From: Mytilus californianus
Taxonomy: Eukaryota
DNA: 64,000 nucleotides
Direction: 5' to 3'
NCBI RefSeq assembly: GCF_021869535.1
Contig: NW_026262734.1
Coordinates: 44,454,001 to 44,518,000 of the forward strand
Shown here: positions 12,261 to 23,035 of the stretch, piece after piece
Position numbering within the stretch: position 1 is the first letter of the stretch
How the letters are laid out: each line of letters begins with the position of its first letter
Position numbers and translations under genes: made by a program
Notes under the pieces: model-generated
What the model was told of the DNA's origin: nothing
The model's input: the letters and a program-made list of their open reading frames with translations, nothing else
Databases searched by the model: none

Positions 12261-12501
12261 ATGTTTGGTTTATAAAAAAAAAAAAAAAATCCAAGGCTTT
12301 ATGAAAGAATCCATGATAGTGTAACAAAGAAAACAAAGAACTGATTATTTGATATATAAACACGTATTATACCAATTTCTTTCCATAGAACAAGTGATAT
12401 TAGAATAAATGTTCTACTCAAGACAAAATGACCCGTAAATAAATAAAATAAAGATTTTTTTTTAAATGCCTGAAGCGTTAATTTTCAAACATCTTTTAAA
12501 G

Positions 12502-12668
12502 GTAGCGTACAGTAGTGGCAATCATGGTCTCGCTACAGCATGGGCATCTCGTTTGGCAGAGGTAAAGTGTTCGGTAGTTATTTCAAAAACGACATCTGAG
12601 TTCAAGGCCACAGCAATTCAAGGTTATGGAGCAGAAGTAGTAACATGTGAATATGATCCAATATCTAG
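12502..12668 (+). CDS. SRR: Racemase exon 3 (VAYSSGNHGLATAW...YGAEVVTCEYDPIS-R)
   Basis: SSGNHG motif with the racemase re-face Ser; ttttaaag| and AG|gtttgt; 167 nt phase 0->2. Confidence 0.93.
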
Positions 12669-12828
12669 GTTTGTTTTCTAGGACATATATGCTAGTATAC
12701 CGCATATGCATGTGTTTCCATTATATTTTGTTGCTGAATAAAAATTGAAAGTTCACAATAGGGACCTTGTCTAATGAAATAATGTATTTATTTTTGAAGA
12801 TAAGTTACATCGAACTTTTTACCTTCTA

Positions 12829-12954
12829 GAAGCAAGTTAAAGAAAGAGTAGATCTATCTTTATCTTTGGTGTCCTGTACTGACAGTTCATTGAAGTAAGT
12901 TAAAGAGAGAGTAGATCGATCTTTATCTTTGGTGTCCTGTACTCACAGTTCATT
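12829..12954. repeat. Tandem duplication, 63-bp period, 2 copies (a 21-bp duplication also at ~13018-13060)
   Basis: GTCCTGTACT at 12871 and 12934. Confidence 0.85.
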
Positions 12955-13714
12955 GGAATCATTTTGATTCATTATTAACAAGTGATTATTACAATTGGCG
13001 AGAAAATAAAAAAAACCAGTTGGTTCACATGGAAGTACAGTTGGTTCACATGGAAGTACAGATTTGCTGTTGAAAAAAATACGCGTATTGAATGAACTGA
13101 ATTACGTTGTCGATAAAAAAACAAGCATCGTTTCGAAAGTTTGTTATTCGATATGCATGAAATATTTGTTTCGCAGATGACCAAGAATATGTTCCACTTG
13201 TCACAGCCACGATCCTGTATTTTTGTTTATATAAACAAATGCGATTTGTCACTTGCAATGAACAGCACGACTATTGTTACTATTGAAACCGAACCGGAAC
13301 TGCATTCCCTTCCAGAGGACCCGAGTGGTTTTGATTGTTTCTTAGCAGTCAGTTATGGATTTTGGTTTTCCGTTATGTTCTGTCTTTCGGTTGTTAACAT
13401 TTCTACTTAAAATATTGGCTTTGTTACATTTAACTCATACATATATAGAAAATAAAGAGATGTGGTATGATTGCCAATGAAACAACTACAATGTATCCAC
13501 CAAGTTGAAATGAAGTGGATGTAAGTAAAATTATGTAACCGTACGGCCTCCAACAATGAATAAAACCCATACCGTATAGTGTGCTATAGTTGGTTTACGA
13601 AAGAATGTTTAGCTGAAAATAATAATAATAATTCATAATTGTTTTTATAAATCTACCTTTACTTAATTATAAGATTACTATACTATAGTTTTTAATTGAA
13701 TAAAACCTGAGTAG

Positions 13715-14012
13715 AAGACTAACAAAGGCTAGAGGTTCCTGACTTGGGACAGGCACAAAAATGCGGCGGGGTTTAACATGTTTTGTGAGATCTCAACCCT
13801 CCCTCATACCTCTAGCCATGCAATGTGGAATAAACAATAGCACAGCAAAAGCACAGTAAAACTCATTTTAAAAGAAGTCCGAGTTCGATGTAAGAATAGG
13901 TATCAGAAGAAACTAAACAAAATAACAATGATCGACACAAATTAACAAAGGATTACTAGCAGTTATATTACTGACATGCCAGCTCCAGACCTCGATTAAA
14001 TTGATCGAAAGA
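13715..14012 (-). repeat. Naiad family B 3'UTR fragment in racemase intron 3
   Basis: Matches 893-1180. Confidence 0.75.
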
Positions 14013-14021
14013 TTATAGATA

Positions 14022-14500
14022 TAAGAAGATGTGGTATGAGTGCCTATGAGACAACTCTCCATCAAAGTCACAATATGTAAAAGTAAACCATTATAAATCA
14101 AAGTACGGCCTTCAACACGGAGTCTTGGCTTACACCGAACAGCAAACTATAAAGGGCCCCAAAAATGACTAGTGTAAAACCATTCAAACAGGAAAACCAA
14201 CGGTCTAATCTATATAAAAAACGAGAAACAAGAAACACTTATGAACCACATCAACAAACGACAACCACTGAACATCAGGTTCCTGACTTAGGACAGATGC
14301 AAACAAATGCAGCGGGTTTAAACGTTTTAATAGGCGCTAACTTTCACCCTACCTGAAACAATAGTGTAACATAATAACATAGAAAGACACACTATAAAAT
14401 ATCAATTGAAATGGCTTAACTCAATCAAAATAACTCAATCAAAAGACATATTAACAAAAAAAAAGTGAACATACACTGAATGAATAAATTTGATCTATGA
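14022..14500 (-). repeat. High-copy short repeat (AAGAAGATGTGGTATGA(G/T)TGCCAATGAGACAACT family); further copies at ~2871-3060, 5808-5970, 13450-13590, 16220-16320, 18100-18220, 48680-48900, 63670-63800
   Basis: Many dispersed, related copies on both strands; the longest contains the CCTGACTTAGGACAG motif shared with Naiad 3'UTRs (strand inferred from that motif). Confidence 0.75.
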
Positions 14501-14951
14501 CACAATGTAAATACAAAATTAATAAAACAAGGGGGTTAGATGTTTAACAATATCAGAAAGACAACCATAACCTTGGACAAAATGCCGCCAAACAAAATAA
14601 CGTACACAGGTAAATAAAAATAATTTTGTTGTAAGGTATACATGGAGTACTGAAATAATTTTTACAAAATAAATAATTTTGTTGTTCCTAGTACGAGAAC
14701 AAAAGTGAAAATTTATCGTCATACTAAACACTTACCAAAGGTGGTATATATTAAAAATAGTGAGACTAGATATAACACTGAATAAGTAAACATTAAATAA
14801 CAAAAATACATTACAAATTGTATCAACAGGTCAAATTTACACGAAAGTACGATTTGAGAGTACTCGCAGTTTCTGAAAGCTACTTAAAAGTTAAAAACAG
14901 TTAATAATAAAAGCTCATGCATCAGAGACTAAACTCAACTAAAACACATCC

Positions 14952-15190
14952 ATTATGTCTTCATTATATGTAAATCAACCACAATTCCTCCCGTTATGGG
15001 TTTAGTATGATGCCATTATAAATTATACGAGAAGAACATAGCCCGTGTCATGCAAACAAATGGTTTTAGAATAAATTTACGAATGATGTCCTTGTACCGA
15101 TGATCAAATTTAGTAAACATTTTGACAAGTTTGTGATATCGAAAACCATGGTGTAATAGTTTTTCAGTAATCAGAGATTTCTTTTGTAAA
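14952..15190 (-). repeat. Naiad family B UTR/ORF-end fragments with an internal deletion
   Basis: Matches 1180-1300 joined to 1540-1650. Confidence 0.7.
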
Positions 15191-15633
15191 AATCATATAT
15201 TCGACAGTAACTATTATTTCTTTTGAAAATAGTGGATATCCACACACCTTTAAATGTTCACCATTTAATAAAAGCGCAATGCACAGTCCTGCAGTCCAAA
15301 TACGTGTTTAAGGAAGTTTGTTCCCTTTAAATGGTCAAACAAAGCTAAGATGGTTCTTATTAATTTATTAGTTGCAGTTGTGACAGGCCATCCTAGGCAT
15401 GAAAGGTCAATAATCGGACAGCTTGTTATTGCTTTTCGAAAAAATTGTTGAGGAAAAGTGTCATACAGAAGTTGGTTATGAACATACAAAGTTAATTAGC
15501 ACTGAATAAAATACGCCTTTCGATTATTTTTGCTAAAAAACTATTAACCTGTCTTAATTCTTATACCTTACATAAGAACTGGACAGTCATAACTATTAGA
15601 AATATTGTTTGAATTTTGTAAACCTTTTTTTAG

Positions 15634-15718
15634 AATAGAAGCCTGTGAAAAAATAGCAGCAAAAGAAGGATATGAAATTATCCATACTTCAGACCACGAT
15701 GACGTCATACATGGACAG
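15634..15718 (+). CDS. SRR: Racemase exon 4 (IEACEKIAAKEGYEIIHTSDHDDVIHGQ)
   Basis: tttttttag| and CAG|gtatat; 85 nt phase 2->0; aligns by eye to human MVHPNQEPAVIAGQ. Confidence 0.92.
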
Positions 15719-16649
15719 GTATATTATATACGTAAAAATACATACGAGATAACATGAAGTAGACAACCATCCAGTAGCACAAATACTGACATCAATATAT
15801 ATTGGTTGCCATATGTATACATATACGTATACATGTTATTTTCACCCACTGATCAGCTTATAGACGAATGTATCTCAACAGTAGATGACAATGTCAGCTA
15901 TGTTAACTTTATGGTTTTATTGTTTTCATTCAATTGCATTTTGTGAAAATGTTACTGTTTACAAAGAAGAACTAAAAATACATAGAATACCATAATATTG
16001 TTTTATAACTGGGGATATAAAGGTTGGGTTAGGGAAGATCTTCTTTGGCCCACAAATCACTAAGTGATACACAAGAAATGTATGTGTAAACCAACTGACC
16101 ATCCATGTTATTTGTCCAAGAATAAACCAATGGTTTTGAATTGTACTTTACAAAAATGATTCAAAGTTGTTTAAACGAATAAATTAAGTATATTTTAATC
16201 ATTTATGCAAACATATGAATGCACAAATAAAATACGGTGACCTATAGTTGTTAACATCTTTGTCATTTGGTCTCTGGTGGAGAGTTGTCTCATTGGCAAT
16301 CATACCACATCTCCTTATTTTGTATAGTATATATATTTCAATGATAGACAAGTGTATTTTCACAGGAATAAACCAATATAACTTGGAAGATATACCAATG
16401 TATGTGTACATGAATAATCCAAGTTATCTGCACACGCATAGACAAATGAATCTATAGTTATATTAATCGGCAAATCTGTACACCAATAATCTGTATACGT
16501 ATAATTTGGTGTTCATGTGCAATAACAAGATATTTGTTGTCATTTAACACTTATTTCTAACTTAAACGTTCTATTTGCAAATGTTAATCTTCAAACAAAT
16601 AAGACAGCTGAGGTCATGAAGACTGCTTTAACAAGTTTCAATCATTCAG

Positions 16650-16776
16650 GGAACAATCGCCGTGGAGTTATTACAGGAAGTGCCAGATTTAGATGCGATA
16701 TTGGTATCTGCAAGTGGAGGCGGAATGATTTCTGGTATAGCTATTGCCGCTAAATCTATCAACAAAAATATAAAAA
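16650..16776 (+). CDS. SRR: Racemase exon 5 (GTIAVELLQEVPDLDAILVSASGGGMISGIAIAAKSINKNIK)
   Basis: GGG phosphate-binding loop; cattcag| and A|gtaata; 127 nt phase 0->1. Confidence 0.93.
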
Positions 16777-17073
16777 GTAATATTTACCATTTGTTATATT
16801 TTCATTTGTGTGTTAAATCTCAACTATGTATATGTGAAAAAGTAGTAGATTTCCAGGCGACGGCAATCGAAAGTTTACTTTCACCTGAAATAAATTGCCT
16901 TTAACTAATTTGATAAAAAGGGATATTTTTAGCATCAATATTTTCGTTTATATATAATCTTTTTAATTGGAATGCAGATTAACTGTTTGTTTCAAAATTC
17001 AAAGAAACGTTAAAATTTCAGAATACAAAATAATACAATAGTAAAAAATGAAAACACTAGTTTTATATTTCAT

Positions 17074-17115
17074 GCATCCGAAGCGCTTTTCTGGATTTAC
17101 CTTCATCAGGAACGC
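17074..17115 (-). ncRNA. Minimal type I hammerhead ribozyme variant
   Basis: gcgttc-CUGAUGA-a gg taaat cc a-GAAA-agcgct-UC-ggatgc; palindromic stem III, weak stem II with an extra A. Confidence 0.6.
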
Positions 17116-17205
17116 TCAAAGCCGAATATTTGAAAGCCCCTGGCTGTAAGCAATCTTGGTGAGACAAACGATATAATGAATAAAATTATATGCTCTCCTT
17201 TTTAG

Positions 17206-17256
17206 TTTTTATGGTAGAACCTAAAGGTAAAATGGCTGAGAAGAGCCTAAGGTCAG
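17206..17256 (+). CDS. SRR: Racemase exon 6 (IFMVEPKGKMAEKSLRS-G)
   Basis: ctcctttttag| and G|gtaaat; 51 nt phase 1->1; VEP motif. Confidence 0.9.
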
Positions 17257-17888
17257 GTAAATATTTCTATTTAGTAATAGTAGCAATCGCTGACAACACA
17301 TCTTTAATTTATCTACTTATCCTGCCAGATCACCTGAGATCACCCTATGTTTTTTGGTAGGGTTCGTTCTGCACAGTCTTTTTGGGAACTTTTTTGAGTT
17401 TTCGTCGTCTTTCGTTTTTTGTCATGGCATTGTCAGTTTCTATAAGCTGAAAAGTTTTGAAATGGCCTTTGATATCCCTGCCTTTATTTCAATAAATAGC
17501 TGTTGAAAAACACGAAAACTAGTAATAATTATGATGACATTTTTTCAAGAACAAGAAAAGGTCTTCCATCTTCAAATTCTCAATTATTTATACTTTGTGT
17601 TTGAAATGCTGCGTGCTTCCTTTGGAATACAACCAAAGATGACGGACATAATCTGTCAACACTTAACTGGATACCCAAAATACTCAAACAACGATATGTT
17701 GCTCGGTCTGTCAAATGCTCCACAAAGCTTGTTTTCCCTTTGTATTACAGATAATAACATTTGTTTATTAGAAACCAAATTCAAGAGCGAACAAGGGTGA
17801 TCAGAAAAACATGACTGTACATTTAAAATTACATTTACACTGGATGGTCAAGCATATTTGTTATATGTAATTTATGCGTTTGTTTTAG

Positions 17889-18016
17889 GCAAAAGATGGT
17901 GGCCCAATCCTCCACAGTTTATAGATACTATTGCAGATGGACTAATGAGTCAACAATTAGGCATTCTTACATTCCCCATCATCTGTAGATTGGTAGAAAA
18001 AGAGGTTTTCACTGTT
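17889..18016 (+). CDS. SRR: Racemase exon 7 (GKRWWPNPPQFIDTIADGLMSQQLGILTFPIICRLVEKEVFTV)
   Basis: TIADGL motif; tgttttag| and GTT|gtaagt; 128 nt phase 1->0. Confidence 0.93.
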
Positions 18017-18468
18017 GTAAGTTTCGATATCAAAAGCTTGGAAAAAGCGAATGACAAAATTAAATTAACGTTAAGGTGTTTCTGGGATATAGAAATATAG
18101 TCATGGGTTTTGGTCACTGTTGAAGGCCGTACGGTGACCTATAGTTGTTTATTCTATATTATTTGGTCGCTGGTGGAAAGTTGTCTCATTGGCAATCTTA
18201 CCACATCTTCTTATTTTTATTCATCAGGACATCCGTCAGTAAAACTTATGCTAAAGAGTGGGATATGTATTGGTTGTACGGGATGTATATATACACAGCC
18301 ACGTGTGGTCGAAATTGGGAAGTTAAATATGATGTATCGCTTTAACTGTTCAATGTGAAATAACAAATCATCTGTATATTGATATATGTAATCTATTTTC
18401 GTGAATACTGCTTTCAATTAGAATAAGTCCACCAAACGTATAGGTTCTCTAGATAAAGAACATTAACT

Positions 18469-21071
18469 ATAATAAATAATAATAAATAATAAATAAATAA
18501 GCTTTATTTAGAGTCGGCAAGGTATACAAACAGAGACAACATAAGTTCTAATGAGCTTTTAACCGACATACAAGACATTTATAGCAATACAACATATAAC
18601 AATACAACACATAATACACATGGAATACATTACACAGCACAAAATGCTAAAAGCATGATGGTAATAAGCAGAATATAAGCATAAGCTAGGTATTAAAGCT
18701 AAAAGCATATAAGTGTAAACTAGGCATAAAAGCTGGTAAAATGCATAGCATAAAATGTTTTAAAGAAAAAAAGGGGGTATGATCCAATTGTTAAATAATT
18801 TTAGCATAATATATTAACTAAAAATCTGCACAAACTGTGCACTTACAGTCATTTCCATTCCACGACTTTAAAATATTTTTGAACTGGCTAAAATTAGCAA
18901 TTTTTCTAAAATCATCAGGTAGATCATTCCATAAAACAGCAGCTGTGTATTTAAAAGAGTTCTTACCATAGGTTGATGTTCGGACCCTAGGTATATCTAC
19001 AATATTAGAATATCTAAAATTATATTTACAATCTTTCAATACAACTAAATCATGTAAACATGGTGGTGACAATTTATATAAAAATTTAAAACATTCAATA
19101 GCCATGTTACGCATACGTCTTATTTTCAGTGATGGAACCTTTGCTCGTAAAAGTAGTTCATCATTTGACTACATGTAGCATAGTTTTTATATATGAATCG
19201 TAAAGCCCTTTCCTGATTTTTTTTCTTATTTAGTGGTGTTATTTTTGTTGCAAAAATGCCATGCCAAAGGACAAAAATTAAAATTAGATAAAATAAATGT
19301 GTGGAAAATGGTCAATTTATTTAATTTAGTAAAGTAGCAGCCAATGCGCTTTAAAACATTCAGTTGTTGAGATGCTTTACGACAAATATTTTTAATGTGG
19401 TGATTAAAATTAAGTTGATAGTCAATATCAATACCTAAAAGTTTGACAATCTCATCACAGGATATTTTTGCTGACTGTATATTAAAAACAGGCTTTTTTT
19501 GCAAATGTTTTATTTCCAACTGCAATGGCTTGGAATTTATCAGGATTTGCCTGCATACAATTAAATCTAAACCAGTCAATTAAAACAGCACTTTCTCTTT
19601 CAAGTGTACACAATAAATTTTCAAAATTGTTGTCAGCATATGACGGAGTATTATCATCAGCATAATTATACAGGGTACCATGTTCAATAAAATAGAATAT
19701 GTCATTTATAAAAATATTAAATAATAGGGATCCCAGGATTGAGCCTTGGGGTACCCCTTTCTGGATGTCAGCCCAACTGCTGAGTACTCCCTGAAGTTTG
19801 ATTTGTTGCCTACGATCTGTAAGATAATTTTGAAGTAATTTCACTAATTCAGAAGAAAGACCGTAGGCAGATAATTTACTTAAAAGAATATAATGTGGTA
19901 GACAGTCAAAAGCTTTCGAAAAATCCATAAGTATAGCTGCCACATACATATTTTTATCCAAAGCTGTTTTCCAATCTTCAAGGAGTCTAAGCAAAGTTGT
20001 CTGACATCCATGACCTTTTCTGAATGCACATAAAAAAGCATGAAATATATTTTCAAAAAATTCAGTCAACTGGTCAGACATAACCATTTCATATACTTTT
20101 GAAATTGTTGGTAAAATGCTCACAGGTCTATAGCTCTTTTTATCCTGTGGATCGTTCTTTTTGTGTAATGGTACAACCTGAGCTTCTTCAAGTATGTTTG
20201 GAAACTCACTGGATTCTATAGTGTTATTTATTAGTGTTGTTATGTGTTTGTTCAGTACTGGTGCACCAGCTCGTAATAGTTTCGATGATATCTGATCTAC
20301 TCCAGTAGCTTTTTTATATTTATCTTTTTCACCAGTTTGTCTACAGTGTCAACATGTATAGGTTTAAAATCAAAAAGTTTATCATGTTGTATGTTAGATT
20401 TAATTTTTAAAATACTAGGATGTGTTTTTTCTTCAAAAATAGTACCTTTGCCTATGTCATTGGTAACATTAACAAAACAGTATTAAAGTTGTCACAAACA
20501 TCTTTAGTGTCGTTTAAAATTTTATTTTCATCCACAAGTACAATTTTTTGTTGGCTTCAGGCAAACTTTTTAGATAAAAATGGCTTGACTGTGCTGTAAA
20601 AGAATTTTGATTTTTGTCCTCCAGCACATCTTTCTTGAAAATAAATTTCGCTGATTTTCTTTTTAATTTTGTAACCATATTTCTTTGTTTTCTATATGCT
20701 TCCCAAGTTTTGTTTGTTTTGTATTTTTCAAATTTTGTTCTCAGCATTTGTTTGTGAAAAATAGCTTTTCTTAGTTCTCTGTTCATATATGGTACCGAGT
20801 TTTTTTCGAGGGTATCTGTATTTCATTGGTGCATGACAGTTTATCACATCAGAGACTTTAGTTTCAAAATCATTATAATTATACCTAGTTTATATCATCT
20901 ATACATTCATCTGAATCATGTAAAAAAATTATATTATCAAGATCATTAATATAATTATCAACATTAAAAGTTTTAAAACTTCTATATTGTGTCTTGCTGT
21001 TTACACAATTAGGTGTATGACCTTTTATAAAAGTAGATATCATATGATGACAATCACTAACACCAGTGTTA
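18469..21071 (-). mobile_element. Older, frameshifted, 5'-truncated CR1/L2-group LINE (RT + 3'UTR + TTA/TTTA tail), 3' portion
   Basis: Broken ORFs 20514-20786, 19482-20123 (DFSKAFD, GVPQGS, YADD), 19226-19579, 18818-19114; 3' GTCGG...CCGAC stem, AATAAA and (TTA/TTTA)n tail at ~18470-18510. Confidence 0.9.
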
Positions 21072-21299
21072 TTACTACTCGTCGAACCCTTGAGTATGAA
21101 GGTGTGAAAATTTTGGGAGACTAAAAAGAGAGAAAAATTATATTTTCCAGTGTATTATGTTGAGATGTTTTCTGATTCTATATCAGAATAGACATTATGT
21201 GTGAAGCTGTTATAGTTTATTCGAATTTTGAGTGACCAAATAGTGACTTTTGCAAAGATTTTCGAAAGTGATTTTGAATTGGAGTTCACAACACACAAA

Positions 21300-22313
21300 A
21301 TGGCTGACCAGGTAACGAATGACAAACAACAACAACAATCAAACATAGACAGTTATTTTAAAAATACACCAAAACATAGTGGTAAAAGGTTACAACCATC
21401 CAGTAGTCCCGACAACTTATCTCCATCTATGCAACAAGTTGAAAAGGTAGCAAGAACAGCCAACCTTGATTCATCTCTCAGTGGCTCTATCGTTTCTGAA
21501 CATGACAGTTCTGAACAGATAATATCATCCATTGAAAATGAAACTGTATTTAAGCTATCGGATGTTGTTTGTGCTACGCTAAAAAATCAAGAGTTTTTGA
21601 ACTCCATCATTCCTCTCATCACTGAAAAAGTAATTGAAATGGTCAAACCTAAAATTGCACTGATCGTTGACGAATGTATTCAGCCTCACTTACTTACCAT
21701 TAAACACAATAAAGAAGCACTTATTTTGAAAGATATTGAACTTAACAATCAAAAAGAGCAAATAAATTCTTTAAACCGCAAATTAGACAAGATCGAAGCC
21801 AGAGTCGAGGAACAGGAACAGTATTCTCGAAGAACCAGTTTACGATTCCATAATGTTCCTGCACCAACTGACGACAAAGGCGATATTATCAAGCCTATAG
21901 ACACAGATTCCCTTATCCTTGGTATTTGCCATAAGCATTTGAAATTGAAGTTAGACACGAGAGATATTGGCAGATCCCATCCCATAGGTGAGATTAAAGA
22001 CGGGAAAATTTCTATCATTGTACGGTTCCTGTCGTATCGTCAAAGGCAGTTAGTTTTCAGCAATAAACGCAAATTGAAAGGAAACATAAACAAAACTTTC
22101 ATTGCTGAAAACCTTACAAAACACAGATACAATCTTTTGCACAGACTAAACACATTGCGTGAGAAAGGTCAAATAAATTCGTTTTGGACACATGACGGGT
22201 CAATATTGATTAAACAATCTGAGAATTCTCGTCCGAAAGTGGTAATTTCAAGGCAGGACATATATAAGCTTGGTGGGGAAGTCCTTGCAGGTGATGACCA
22301 GAAAGAGGATTAG
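21300..22313 (+). CDS. LINE ORF1p (coiled coil + RRM-type), 337 aa from the first true ATG
   Basis: EQEQYSRRTSLRFHNVP motif after a coiled coil, IIVRF and FIAENLT motifs; ATG at 21300 (the track starts 24 codons upstream at a non-ATG). Confidence 0.85.
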   Translation: MADQVTNDKQQQQSNIDSYFKNTPKHSGKRLQPSSSPDNLSPSMQQVEKVARTANLDSSLSGSIVSEHDSSEQIISSIENETVFKLSDVVCATLKNQEFLNSIIPLITEKVIEMVKPKIALIVDECIQPHLLTIKHNKEALILKDIELNNQKEQINSLNRKLDKIEARVEEQEQYSRRTSLRFHNVPAPTDDKGDIIKPIDTDSLILGICHKHLKLKLDTRDIGRSHPIGEIKDGKISIIVRFLSYRQRQLVFSNKRKLKGNINKTFIAENLTKHRYNLLHRLNTLREKGQINSFWTHDGSILIKQSENSRPKVVISRQDIYKLGGEVLAGDDQKED

Positions 22314-23035
22314 ACATTCCGTTTACATCATAGTCTTATGTCTTTTGACTTGCATTTGTTTAAATAACACAATTCTTAAATTGTTTTATCAATTTAATTA
22401 TATACACTTGTATATATATACTTGTTTTCTATGTATTGCTGTACTGAATATTTCTTTTTTCGATACACGTGTTAAGCAGCACGTGCCTGTGTTTGTTTAT
22501 TTATATTTCATTTATTTGCTATTTAAAACATGTGACATGAAATTATAACTCAACTCTTTACACCTGAGTGATTTAAAATCACTTACATACACGTGAACTT
22601 GTGTCGTTCCTGTAACTTTATCAATGATCGTTCTTCAAACGTTTTTATAGCTTACCTGTATTGATTAAATGAAAAGATAGATTACTCTATTTACCTATTT
22701 ACAACTTTTCACAAAAGAGCTTCCGTTTTAAAAAAAAAAACTTCAAATTTTGTTTTCTGATTTATTTGATTTATTTGTTTCCCCCCTAAAATGACATCGA
22801 AACTAAATTCATCTTAACTAAATTAATCTCTCTGATTTCACTACAACTGCATCGAACATTCTTATGATGTTCCAATTTTGCCTTTTGTACATAGATTTTT
22901 GTTTTCCCTTCTTTTTTATTTGCCTGAATTTCATGAATGATCATTCGAACTATATGTGTTTATATCTTGCATCATGTTTTACAAAGCAGTCCAATTTTCT
23001 GATTGTCATTTATATGTATTGTCTTGTATTTGACA

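Noticed and set aside
18464-18468. TAACT as TSD of the older LINE (second copy 27061-27065)
   Set aside because: Only 5 bp in AT-rich DNA; expected by chance.
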